A stretch of DNA of 64,000 nt from Patescibacteria group bacterium. GTDB lineage: Bacteria > Patescibacteriota > Minisyncoccia > UBA6257 > GWB1-50-10. A program made the translations under genes and the position numbers. Position 1 is the stretch's first letter; each line of letters opens with the position of its first letter. Below, in pieces: positions 14,990-24,113 of this stretch. The DNA is taken from NCBI GenBank assembly GCA_038065455.1, contig JBBTQX010000003.1, positions 1 through 64,000 of the forward strand, written 5' to 3'. The notes under the pieces are model-generated. The model was not told where the DNA came from, did not search any database, and was given only the letters and a program-made list of their open reading frames with translations.

Positions 14990-15085
14990 AAAAATCGAAA
15001 CCCCAGCGGACCTTGCGGCTGGCTGGGGTGGTTATGTTCTACATAATACAACAGACACCCACTTAAAGCAAATGGGTGTGGATAA
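14990..15085 (-). promoter_or_regulatory. DnaA-box-like motif, sigma70 promoter and hairpin leader upstream of the NYN gene
   Basis: TTATCCACA (15085-15077), TTGCTT-17bp-TATTAT (15071-15043), then hairpin ACCCCAGC...CC-GCAA-GG...GCTGGGGT followed by TTCGATTTTT. Confidence 0.65.
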
Positions 15086-15104
15086 CTAAAATCAAACTTA
15101 CTTA

Positions 15105-15338
15105 TCATAAATTGAGCTTTGCCGCTATTTCCGCGCGGGCGAAGCCGACGAAGATTTCCCCGTCGATGTCCGTGACCGGCACGCCCATCTGGTGCGACTT
15201 ATGAATCATTTCCTCGCGCGCCGCCAAATCCGAAGACACATCTTTATTTTCGTACGAAACCGAATTCTTGTTTAAAAATTCCTTGAGCATTTTGCAGTAG
15301 ACGCAGGAAGGGGTGGAATATATAATTATTTTTTGCAT
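15105..15338 (-). CDS. Glutaredoxin-like (NrdH/YruB-type) protein
   Basis: IYSTPSCVYC, GVPV and IDGEIFVGF motifs. Confidence 0.92.
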   Translation of the reverse strand: MQKIIIYSTPSCVYCKMLKEFLNKNSVSYENKDVSSDLAAREEMIHKSHQMGVPVTDIDGEIFVGFARAEIAAKLNL

Positions 15339-15350
15339 AAAAATAAATTA

Positions 15351-15448
15351 AATTCCAAAGTCCAAATGACTAATGACAAATGATAAGTTGATTTTGACAT
15401 TTAACATTTGGATTTGATTTGGTATTTGGAATTAGACTTTTGTCATTT
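15351..15448. repeat. Heptamer-periodic inverted repeat pair without cargo
   Basis: AATTCCAAAGTCCAAATGACTAATGACAAATG followed by opposite-sense TTTGACATTTAACATTTGGATTTG...TTTGGAATT...TTGTCATT. Confidence 0.75.
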
Positions 15449-15611
15449 ATACCTCCGGTTCCGACGAATCCCAAATAGAAAAGATGACAATAAGGACGCC
15501 TATCAGGATATTGTTCCAGGCGGGCAGGTTAAAAGCGGAGAAGCCCAGAATCCATGGGGAGAGCACGAGCCATATTCCTAAAGTGATTAAAGTCCAATGT
15601 GTCCATTTCAT
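15447..15611 (-). CDS. SPW-repeat small membrane protein
   Basis: LGIWLVLSPWILGF...WNNILIG. Start set at MKWTHW, 7 nt after TATAAT. Confidence 0.85.
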   Translation of the reverse strand: MKWTHWTLITLGIWLVLSPWILGFSAFNLPAWNNILIGVLIVIFSIWDSSEPEV

Positions 15612-15629
15612 AGAAATGATTATATCACG

Positions 15630-15720
15630 AAATTCCAAAATCCAAATGACTAATGATAAATCAATGACAAATGCCTAAATGCTATAAGTTTTGACATTTG
15701 GAATTTAGACTTAGGATTTA
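15630..15720. repeat. Heptamer-periodic inverted repeat pair without cargo
   Basis: AAATTCCAAAATCCAAATGACTAATGATAAATCAATGACAAATG ... TTTTGACATTTGGAATTT. Confidence 0.75.
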
Positions 15721-15750
15721 AAAATTCCCGACAATTAGTCGGGAATTTTT
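15721..15750. terminator. Intrinsic terminator
   Basis: AAAATTCCCGAC-AATTA-GTCGGGAATTTT just downstream of 15757..15963. Confidence 0.85.
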
Positions 15751-15756
15751 GTTTGC

Positions 15757-15963
15757 CTATCTGCGGAAAGCGCGAACCCTTTCCTGATGGCAATTGCGGC
15801 AAAGGAGCTTATCGAGCCTGGACGGATCCGGCTCAAAAGGCAATTCGGTGATAGGCGTGCCGCACTTGGCGCACTGCCACTCACCTTTGAAAGTCTGCCT
15901 CTGGAATCCTTGTCCGCCGCGATTGCTGTTGAAGTCTCCTCCGCGATTGTTGTTAAAATCCAT
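15757..15963 (-). CDS. CxxC-x17-CxxC-like small zinc-binding protein
   Basis: RGG-rich N-terminus, then CAKCG..ITELPFEP...LCRNC. Confidence 0.85.
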   Translation of the reverse strand: MDFNNNRGGDFNSNRGGQGFQRQTFKGEWQCAKCGTPITELPFEPDPSRLDKLLCRNCHQERVRAFRR

Positions 15964-16234
15964 TTTCTATTGAATGCTTACCCCCATAATTATGAAGGTG
16001 TACGACCTTTCGGGCTAAGAATTCAACAAAATGGTTTAAGATCACTTTGACGCTCTCTAGCTCGTGGCTTATATTTGCCTTCTTGGATAATATTACTTAT
16101 TCAATTCTTTGTCTACCGGGTAGTGAAAATGCGATTGCAAATCGTGATTAAACAATGTTTTTATTAACATTAAAGAGGTTTTTTAAGCACAACACATACC
16201 GTTATATTATATAGAGAAAGGTTGCGATTTGAAT

Positions 16235-16951
16235 TTATTTTGATCGCATTTCTACTACCCGGTCTAACGCCTGCTTGAAAGAGGAGAAAGGCAGGGCGCC
16301 CTGGAAAAGCAATTTGCCATTCAGGAAAAAGCTCGGGGTCGAGGCATTCTGACCCATCAATATGCCGGCTTCGGCCGTCGATGCCTGAACCCGGCTTTCG
16401 TATTTCTTCGAATCGAAGCAGGCGGTAAAATCGGTTGCGTTAAGACTGAATTTCTGGGCAAGCGTGAGGAAGAGCGCTCGTGTCAGATTGCCGCTGTTTT
16501 CGGAGCTCCCATTCACTTTGCCGTCGTCCGTTCCATCTTCTTTCATTTCAACATCATAAAGGGCATCGTGATATTCCCAGAACTTTCCCTGGTCTTGCGC
16601 ACAGGCGGCGGCAGAGGCCGCGGCGACAGATTCCGGTCCCAGAAATGCCATATCTTTATATCCGAATTTCACTTTACCGGTGGCAATATATTCGGAATTA
16701 AGACTCGGTTCCGTCTGCTCAAAAAATCGGCCGCAATAAGGGCATTGGTAATCGCCGTATTCCAAAAGCGTGAGCGGCGCATCACTCTTTCCCGAAAACG
16801 CGACCGAACTCAAATCGATATCTCCAACCTTAACAACGGTGTTGGTTGCGCCTTTGCCGGTATTGTAGACGAGCGCAACTGCAACCATCAGCGCCGCGAT
16901 TAAAATGCTTGCCGGAAGCAGCCAGTCGCGTTTTTGTTTTTCGGGTTCCAT
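16235..16951 (-). CDS. DsbA-family thioredoxin-fold protein
   Basis: N-terminal TM, EYGDYQCPYC, DQGKFWEYHD and TPSFFLNG. Start set at MEPEKQ. Confidence 0.92.
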   Translation of the reverse strand: MEPEKQKRDWLLPASILIAALMVAVALVYNTGKGATNTVVKVGDIDLSSVAFSGKSDAPLTLLEYGDYQCPYCGRFFEQTEPSLNSEYIATGKVKFGYKDMAFLGPESVAAASAAACAQDQGKFWEYHDALYDVEMKEDGTDDGKVNGSSENSGNLTRALFLTLAQKFSLNATDFTACFDSKKYESRVQASTAEAGILMGQNASTPSFFLNGKLLFQGALPFSSFKQALDRVVEMRSK

Positions 16952-16988
16952 AGGTAGTAAATTATCTATCTGTGCTAAAATCATAAAC

Positions 16989-18533
16989 ATGCAAAAAATG
17001 AAAGTCAACCAGGTAGTAGAAACTCGATCGCCTAGCGGCGACAAACCAAAATCGAGTTTTCACTACCTGGTCAACCGGGAAAAAATAAAGGGATTTCTTT
17101 TCACCAACACCTCGCTCAAACAGACAGTCCTTAAAAACACTTTTTGGCTTACCTCCGGGACAGTTGTGAGCCGGCTCATAAGAGCAGTCCTTATAATCTC
17201 CTCGGCCCGCATCCTGGGAGCCGAAGGCTACGGCATCATATCATATGGCCTCTCACTCGCCGCCTTCTTCGGCATCTTCACCGACATCGGCCTCTCTTCC
17301 CTCCTTACCCGGGAATCCACGAAAGACCCGGAAAATATTCCCGCTCTCCTTTCGACTACCTTTTTCCTAAAACTCGCCATTCTCGCTTTGGCGGTCATTG
17401 TAATGGTATTTGCCGCGCCTTATCTCACGAAAAACGCGGAGGCCGCGGCCTTAATACCCGTGATGGCCGTAGTGCTTGTTTTCGACAGTCTTCGCACTTT
17501 CGGCTTCTCTATTACGCGGGCCAAAAATAAAATGGAATGGGAGGCGGGATTGATGATTGCGACGGATTTTTTCATCACCGCGTTCGGCCTCGCGATTCTT
17601 TTCTTTTCTCCGGAACCGATGAAGCTCGCCTGGGCCTATGCCGCAAGCACCGCGCTCGGCTTCCTTTTAGTGCTTTTCGTATTGAGAAAAGATTTGAAAG
17701 GTATCTTCACAAAATTCGAAAAAAAATTGGTAAAGCCGATTTTGAGCAAAGCTTGGCCCTTCGCCATTATGGGGCTCTTGAGCGGTTTTATGATAAATAT
17801 CGATACGATAATCATCGGCGCATTCCGGAACGCGACGGAGCTCGGGCTCTACGCCGCCGCCCAGCGCCCCATTCAGCTCCTCTATCTTTTTCCCGGGCTC
17901 ATCGCCGCGAGCATTTTTCCTATCCTTACAAAACTTATTCACGAAGGGAAGGGTGAGGCCGTAAAAAGAGCGCTCGAGAAAGTTTTGCCGGCTGTCTTCG
18001 CGGCCGCCTTACCCATCGCTTTGGGCGGAATCATTCTAGCCCGCCCGCTCATCAGCCTGATTTTCGGCGCGGAATACGACGGAAGTGTTTTCACTTTCCA
18101 GCTTCTTCTCTCGACTCTTCTTTTTGTCTTCCCCGGCACTATTATAGGCAACACGATTTTTGCTTTCGACCGGCAGAAAATTTTCATCTTCTCGACCGGT
18201 ACGGGCGCGATCACGAATGTCGTCCTGGACCTCGTCCTTATCCCCGCTTACGGCATTTGGGGCTCGGCCATCGCTACTATCGTTTCCCAAGTGCTCGTCA
18301 CAGTCATCAATTGGAATTATCTGAAGAAAATTACCGGTTTTTCCATATCGAAACATATGGCAAAGATAACGCTCGCGACAATTTTGATGGGCGCGGCCAC
18401 CTTCGCTCTGCTTTATTTGGGAATGAACGTCATTCTGAATGTCGTCGTATCGGCTGTAATTTTCGGCAGCGCTCTTTATCTCTTTCGGGAACCGCTTCTC
18501 AAACTTTTTGACGTGAGGGAATTGGCGGGTTAG
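16989..18533 (+). CDS. Wzx-type polysaccharide flippase
   Basis: Multi-TM protein with KNTFWL, ARILGAEGYG, DIGLS.LLTRE, GLYAAAQR and LIPAYGIWGSAIAT. Start codon uncertain. Confidence 0.9.
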   Translation: MQKMKVNQVVETRSPSGDKPKSSFHYLVNREKIKGFLFTNTSLKQTVLKNTFWLTSGTVVSRLIRAVLIISSARILGAEGYGIISYGLSLAAFFGIFTDIGLSSLLTRESTKDPENIPALLSTTFFLKLAILALAVIVMVFAAPYLTKNAEAAALIPVMAVVLVFDSLRTFGFSITRAKNKMEWEAGLMIATDFFITAFGLAILFFSPEPMKLAWAYAASTALGFLLVLFVLRKDLKGIFTKFEKKLVKPILSKAWPFAIMGLLSGFMINIDTIIIGAFRNATELGLYAAAQRPIQLLYLFPGLIAASIFPILTKLIHEGKGEAVKRALEKVLPAVFAAALPIALGGIILARPLISLIFGAEYDGSVFTFQLLLSTLLFVFPGTIIGNTIFAFDRQKIFIFSTGTGAITNVVLDLVLIPAYGIWGSAIATIVSQVLVTVINWNYLKKITGFSISKHMAKITLATILMGAATFALLYLGMNVILNVVVSAVIFGSALYLFREPLLKLFDVRELAG

Positions 18534-18558
18534 CATAGTCAATGAATCCCCCATACAA

Positions 18559-19872
18559 ATGAAGGAAATAAGAAAATTAACGCTTTTCCTGGGCGACGTG
18601 GCTATGCTCTACGCTTCTTTGGCACTTACGCTCGTCATCCGCTATCCCATGGCGGATTTGGAATTGCACCTCAAAAACCACCTTTATCCGTTCTCCGCCA
18701 TCTTCATCCTCTGGCTCGCCGTTTTTTATCTTTCGGAGCTCTATCAATATAAGAATTACGGGAGTGCTTCAATGCTCGTCAAAAGGCTGGCGGGCGCGGT
18801 TTTTTTGAGCGGCGTTTCATCCGTCATAATTTTCTATCTCTTCGGAAATTTCTTCGAACTGACGCCTAAGATAAACCTGCTGATTTTTTCGGGCATCTTT
18901 CTCGCTCTCGATTATTCATTGAGGATACTCATTGCGAAAGCGTTCACGGCCGGTGCCGCCAAAATAATGGTTCTCGGCGACGCTCCGCTTTTGAAGGAGA
19001 TTGAAAAATATCTCGCGGGCAATCCCCACGCCGGATACCAGGTAGCCGACACGCTCAAAAATCCCGGAGAAAATAGCGCGGAAACCATTGCCCGGGAGAT
19101 AAGAGATAAAAAAATCAGCGCCGTTATTTTCCAGCCGAACGCGAAAAGTGATTTCTCCAATTTGAAGACGATTTTCCAGCTCCTCTCCGCCGAGGTGGAC
19201 CTTATAAACGCCTGGGATTTTTATGAAATGCTTTTCGAAAAAGTGCCGCTCAAGGATTTGGACGAAAATTGGTTCATCGAAAAAATTTCCACCCGCCGGC
19301 CATTTTACGACGGCCTAAAAAGAATCGTGGATATCCTACTCTCGCTGGTTTTGGGAATAATCTTTTTGCCTTTCGGAATTATTTTCGCTTTAGGCATAAG
19401 AATCACTTCGGCCGGCCCGGCCATATTCAAACAGGAGAGAATGGGCAGGAACAGCCGAACCTTCACCCTCTACAAATTCCGGACAATGCGGAATGGGGAT
19501 AAGGGGCCGCTTTGGACCGAGGAGAACGACGGACGAATCACGGCTTTCGGAAAATTCCTCCGCTTCACCCACTTGGATGAGACTCCCCAGCTTTGGAATA
19601 TTTTGAGAGGCGATATCTCTTTCACCGGGCCGCGTCCCGAACGGGCCGAACTCGCGGAAACTTTCCGGAAATTCCCCTACTACGATATCCGCCACATCGT
19701 GAAGCCCGGACTTTCCGGCTGGGCGCAAATCAACTACAAGCCGAGCGCCTCATTGGAAGAAGCTTACGAAAAGCTCCGCTACGATATCTACTATGTGAAG
19801 AACCGCTCTTTCTTTTTGGATTTCGTCATTATATTGAAAACAATAAGATATGTTTTCACGCCCCACCACTGA
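18559..19872 (+). CDS. Polyprenyl glycosylphosphotransferase (priming sugar transferase, WbaP/WcaJ-like)
   Basis: KRIVDI, FTLYKFRTM, LDETPQLWNILRGD.SFTGPRPE and KPGLSGWAQIN. Confidence 0.93.
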   Translation: MKEIRKLTLFLGDVAMLYASLALTLVIRYPMADLELHLKNHLYPFSAIFILWLAVFYLSELYQYKNYGSASMLVKRLAGAVFLSGVSSVIIFYLFGNFFELTPKINLLIFSGIFLALDYSLRILIAKAFTAGAAKIMVLGDAPLLKEIEKYLAGNPHAGYQVADTLKNPGENSAETIAREIRDKKISAVIFQPNAKSDFSNLKTIFQLLSAEVDLINAWDFYEMLFEKVPLKDLDENWFIEKISTRRPFYDGLKRIVDILLSLVLGIIFLPFGIIFALGIRITSAGPAIFKQERMGRNSRTFTLYKFRTMRNGDKGPLWTEENDGRITAFGKFLRFTHLDETPQLWNILRGDISFTGPRPERAELAETFRKFPYYDIRHIVKPGLSGWAQINYKPSASLEEAYEKLRYDIYYVKNRSFFLDFVIILKTIRYVFTPHH

Positions 19873-21332
19873 TGATTCTCAAGCTAAAAAAGATTCTTTT
19901 TAATAATTCCGGAACGCGCCAAACGGTCGCGAAGAATTTTTTTTGGCTTTTCACAAGCCAGATAGGCACCCGTCTTTTGAGAGCGTTTCTCATAATTTAT
20001 GCCGCGAGGGTATTGGGCGTCGCCGAATATGGCGTTTTTTCGTACGTGATTGGATTAGCTGGCTTCTTCACGGTCTTCGCCGATATCGGAATCAATACCA
20101 TTCTTACGAAAGAAGTGGCGATGAACCCAGAGAAGAGCCATCATCTTTTTGCGACAAGTTTCTGGATAAAAATCTTCCTTTTGACCTTCACAGTACTACT
20201 CATAATATTCGTCGCTCCTTACTTTTCAAAGATAGAGGGGATTGAAACATTGCTGTATTTTGCGGCACTTCTTACGATCTTCGACGGCATCCGGGAATTC
20301 ACCGTGGCTTTTTTCCGCGCCCGGGAAAAGATGGAATTAGAGGCTCTTGTCACCACGGTTACGAACGTCGCAATAACGATATTTGGTTTCATTATTTTGA
20401 ATTCCATGCCGACGGCTAAAGCATTGGCCACCGCTTATGCCATAAGCGCGGGAACCGGAACGATTCTGGGAATATTCATCCTTCGCGACCAATTCAAAAA
20501 TCTGATAAACGGATTCAGAAAAGAACTGCTGGCGCCGATTCTTCAGCTGGCCTGGCCCATCGCCATCGTATCGCTCGCGGGCATCTTCATGCTGAATATG
20601 GATGTGATAATGCTGGGTGCGCTCAAAACCGCGAAAGATGTGGGGCTTTACTCTGCCAGCCAGAAAATAATCCAATTGCTTTATACCCTGCCATCGATAT
20701 TGGCCATTAGCCTCTTCCCAACTATGGCCAAATTTATCGGCCAAAATAACGCCGAGAAAACCAGAGAGGTTATGGAAAGAGGCGTTGTTTTATCAATGCT
20801 TTTTGCCATCCCAATCGTCGTCGGCGGATTTGTGCTTGGATCGGACATAATAAGGTTCCTTTACGGGGAAGATTATATAGGGACAATCCCGACATTCCGC
20901 ATCCTGCTCCTTTCCGTGCTTCTGATCTTTCCCGGCTATCATTTCACCAACTACATTATGGCCTATAACAAGCAGAAAAAAATGATATTGATCATATTGA
21001 TGAGCTCGCTCGCCAATATACTTCTCAACTACGTTCTTATCCCGATCTACGGCGCGGCCGGAGCGGCCATCGCCACTCTAGGCGCATTGCTTACCATCCA
21101 TGGCTTAAGCTGGCGGCTGGCCAAAAAGACGAATAATTTTTTCATTTTCCGGCATCTGAAAAAAATCTTCGCGACATCCGCGTTAATGGGGCTGTTCAGT
21201 CTGGCTCTCCATTGGCTCGGCGTGTACGTCTTGGCGAATATCGCAATGTCGGTTTTTCTTTATTTCGCCGTTCTGCTTTTCCTCGGTGAAAACTCCATCA
21301 AAGAAGTTAAACAACTCTTCAAAAGAGCTTAA
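19872..21332 (+). CDS. Second Wzx-type flippase
   Basis: Paralogous motifs KNFFWL, ARVLGVAEYG and GLYSASQK. Start set at the TGATG overlap at 19872. Confidence 0.9.
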   Translation: MILKLKKILFNNSGTRQTVAKNFFWLFTSQIGTRLLRAFLIIYAARVLGVAEYGVFSYVIGLAGFFTVFADIGINTILTKEVAMNPEKSHHLFATSFWIKIFLLTFTVLLIIFVAPYFSKIEGIETLLYFAALLTIFDGIREFTVAFFRAREKMELEALVTTVTNVAITIFGFIILNSMPTAKALATAYAISAGTGTILGIFILRDQFKNLINGFRKELLAPILQLAWPIAIVSLAGIFMLNMDVIMLGALKTAKDVGLYSASQKIIQLLYTLPSILAISLFPTMAKFIGQNNAEKTREVMERGVVLSMLFAIPIVVGGFVLGSDIIRFLYGEDYIGTIPTFRILLLSVLLIFPGYHFTNYIMAYNKQKKMILIILMSSLANILLNYVLIPIYGAAGAAIATLGALLTIHGLSWRLAKKTNNFFIFRHLKKIFATSALMGLFSLALHWLGVYVLANIAMSVFLYFAVLLFLGENSIKEVKQLFKRA

Positions 21333-21346
21333 TAAACAATATTGGC

Positions 21347-23263
21347 ATGTGCGGAATATCAGGGGTCTATCATTTCAATAATTCCGGGAAAATCGACGAA
21401 GAAAGTTTGTCAAAAAGCCGCGATACCTTAAAACATCGCGGACCGGACGGCGGCGCCAATTATATCTCGCCTAACGGCAAGGTCGGCTTGTCCCAGCGGC
21501 GGCTCGCCATCATCGACCTTTCTAAAGAAGCGGCCTGCCCAATGACAAATGAGGATGGCACCGTATGGATTACATTCAACGGCGAAATATACAATTTCAA
21601 ACCCATTCGAGAAGAACTCGTGAAGCGCGGGCACAGGATGAAAACGCGCGGCGATACGGAAGTCATCCTTCACGGATACGAAGAGTGGGGCGAAGCAATC
21701 GCCGAAAAATTGAACGGGATGTTCGCTTTCGCCATTTGGGACGAGAAAAAGAAAACACTCTTCGCCGCCCGGGACCATATGGGCATCAAGCCATTTTACT
21801 ACGCCATCCAGGACGGCACGTTCTACTTCGGTTCGGAGATAAAAGCGATTCTCGCTTATCCCGAATTCAAAAAAGAATTGAATGAAACCGGCGTTTCCCA
21901 TTATCTGACATTCTCCTCCGTTCCGGCTCCCCATACTCTTTTCAAGAATGTTAAAAAACTTCCGGCCGCCCACCAACTTTCAATCGGGAAAAACGGCGAA
22001 ATAATCGAAAAAGAATATTGGAATCCCTCGACAGGCTTGGGGCAAGCCCCTCTGACGGAAAAACAATACATCGAGGAAACAAGAAGTTTGCTCCGCGACT
22101 CCGTAAAAAGCCAAATGGTTTCGGATGTGCCTTTCGGCTGTTTCCTTTCGGGCGGCATCGATTCATCAATAAATGCAACCTTGATGAGCGAAGCAATGGG
22201 AAAGCCAGTCGAGACATTCTCGGTCGGATACAAAGATTTCGGAGAAAAAAACGAATTCCGATATTCCCGCGAAACCGCCAAGATTCTGGGCGCAAAAACC
22301 CACGAAATACTTTTGGACGAATCCCATATGCGCGGATTCCTGGAACAGTACGCCGAATACGCCGATGACCCGAACGGCGACCCGGCTTGTTTCCCGGTCT
22401 TCTGGCTTTCCAAACTTACCCGCGATTCCGGCGTCACGGTCGCCCAAATCGGCGAGGGTTCGGATGAGCTCTTCGCCGGATACGACGCATATATAAGAGC
22501 CGCTCAAATGTACGAAAAATGGCGATGGCTCAAAAATATTCCGGGCATCGCAAAACCTTTCGCTTCGGGGGCCGCTAAGGCGTTTCTCGGCCTCGTGCAT
22601 TTGGACTCCGGAAAAGACTTTGCCCATAGGATTATCGCGGGCCAAAATCCTTTTTGGGGACTGGCTATCGCTTTCGGCGACCACGCGAAAAACGGATTAT
22701 TTACCCAAGAATTCAAAAACGGGGCGGACCGGAAAAGCTGTTCCGTAATCGAAAATTATTACAATGAAATTCTGGAACTTGACCCGAATGCCGATTTCCT
22801 GAAACAAATGACTTATTTGGAAATCAAGCATCGATTGCCGGAATTCCTTCTGGCTCGCGCCGACAAAATGACAATGGCTCACTCGGTCGAAGGCCGCGTG
22901 CCGTTTTTGGACAAGCGTCTCGTGGAACTCGCTTTGAACATGCCGAGCGATATGAAGACAAAAGGCGGCGAAACCAAATACATCCTCAAAAAAACGGCAG
23001 AGGGCATTATTCCGGACGGAATAATCCGACGCAAGAAACAAGGCTTCGGCACCCCGATATCCGAATGGCTGAAAAGCGATTCCCCGCTCTCGAAAGAAAT
23101 GGAATATATTGTCATGAATTCCGGTTTGAGAAAAAGGAATATATTCGACTACGGCCATATCCGGGAAATATTTTCCGCCAACCGGCGGGGAAAAGCCGAC
23201 CAAAGCTTCAAAATCTGGAATCTTATTACCCTCTCCCTTTGGTACGACCGCTGGTTCGGATAA
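21347..23263 (+). CDS. asnB: Asparagine synthase (glutamine-hydrolysing) family amidotransferase
   Basis: MCGI, HRGPD, RRLAIIDL, FNGEIYN, LSGGIDSS, GEGSDELFAGY and EGRVPFLD. In this context it probably amidates a sugar. Confidence 0.93.
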   Translation: MCGISGVYHFNNSGKIDEESLSKSRDTLKHRGPDGGANYISPNGKVGLSQRRLAIIDLSKEAACPMTNEDGTVWITFNGEIYNFKPIREELVKRGHRMKTRGDTEVILHGYEEWGEAIAEKLNGMFAFAIWDEKKKTLFAARDHMGIKPFYYAIQDGTFYFGSEIKAILAYPEFKKELNETGVSHYLTFSSVPAPHTLFKNVKKLPAAHQLSIGKNGEIIEKEYWNPSTGLGQAPLTEKQYIEETRSLLRDSVKSQMVSDVPFGCFLSGGIDSSINATLMSEAMGKPVETFSVGYKDFGEKNEFRYSRETAKILGAKTHEILLDESHMRGFLEQYAEYADDPNGDPACFPVFWLSKLTRDSGVTVAQIGEGSDELFAGYDAYIRAAQMYEKWRWLKNIPGIAKPFASGAAKAFLGLVHLDSGKDFAHRIIAGQNPFWGLAIAFGDHAKNGLFTQEFKNGADRKSCSVIENYYNEILELDPNADFLKQMTYLEIKHRLPEFLLARADKMTMAHSVEGRVPFLDKRLVELALNMPSDMKTKGGETKYILKKTAEGIIPDGIIRRKKQGFGTPISEWLKSDSPLSKEMEYIVMNSGLRKRNIFDYGHIREIFSANRRGKADQSFKIWNLITLSLWYDRWFG

Positions 23264-23270
23264 AAATAAA

Positions 23271-23300
23271 AATGGCGAAGTGAATATTCACTTCGCCATT
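23271..23300. terminator. Perfect 30-bp palindrome between convergent genes
   Basis: AATGGCGAAGTGAATATTCACTTCGCCATT equals its own reverse complement. Confidence 0.75.
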
Positions 23301-23321
23301 CGTTTCTGCGAATGCCGGGAA

Positions 23322-23957
23322 TCATGCCCCGTTCGGATACTTCTCGTTCAGGAACTGGCTGGCCGGGATGAGCGTCGTCTCGCGTCCGCCGTAGGCGATC
23401 ATCTCCTTGGGCGGAATGCCGTCGATGTCGAACCAATTGAAATCATTGGCTTCTTGACCACCGTGCTCCGTGGAGCCGAAATGCACTTCCTTATCATCGC
23501 CGATCAGGACCAGATAGGTGAGCGCGATGCAGTGCTTGCTGTGCTCGTGGCCGAAATTCGGAAGATGATACGGCTCACGATAATTCTCCGGATTGTGGTA
23601 GTACTGGAGCGTCAGGAAAGGCTTGTTCCAAGCGAGCCCCGGGAACAAATTCATTCCGATCATGAGATCGCTCTTCATATTCCGATCGAGTGCCGCTTGA
23701 ATGGATTCCCCGATATTGACCCGCCCGCCGATAATCCAGAGCTTGTCCTTGAAGAAGCCTGTATTCCGGGTGATGAGGCCGACCTGCCACTTTCCTTCGT
23801 GCCATCGGCACGGAATCATGTCCACACACGTGATGGGCGAGATCTCCGTAAGAAGCTTATAAACTCCGTCCGGAAGAAAATCCACCCCCTTCAATATCTG
23901 CGATAATTCCGCAGAGATGTCGTTCGCGCGATCTTCATCGCTCTTCTTTAATTTCAT
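23322..23957 (-). CDS. NUDIX-like hydrolase (DUF4916 / GDP-mannose hydrolase-like)
   Basis: PITCVDMIP, GLITR and IGGRVNIGESIQAALDR (degenerate Nudix box), with an AGGAGG RBS upstream. Confidence 0.7.
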   Translation of the reverse strand: MKLKKSDEDRANDISAELSQILKGVDFLPDGVYKLLTEISPITCVDMIPCRWHEGKWQVGLITRNTGFFKDKLWIIGGRVNIGESIQAALDRNMKSDLMIGMNLFPGLAWNKPFLTLQYYHNPENYREPYHLPNFGHEHSKHCIALTYLVLIGDDKEVHFGSTEHGGQEANDFNWFDIDGIPPKEMIAYGGRETTLIPASQFLNEKYPNGA

Positions 23958-24113
23958 TTAAACCTCCTATAAGTGATAGTGAAATGGAACAGCTGGCTAA
24001 TATTCAGTTGATTTACAGAACTGCCTACAATCTAGCATATAATTTAGAATGTGTCAAATGTTGTTGAACGGCGCCGGTTTCTGAGCGATAATTACAGACG
24101 GGAAATATTTTCA

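Noticed and set aside
15077-15085. Replication origin from a DnaA box
   Set aside because: It is a single box, with no cluster, unwinding element or dnaA/dnaN nearby.
15351-15720. CRISPR array
   Set aside because: The repeats are degenerate heptamers in inverted orientation, with no constant repeat-spacer period and no cas genes.
16040-16085. c-di-GMP-I riboswitch (GGCAAA motif on the minus strand)
   Set aside because: The GNRA-capped P2 and the following GCAAAG/P3 elements could not be matched.
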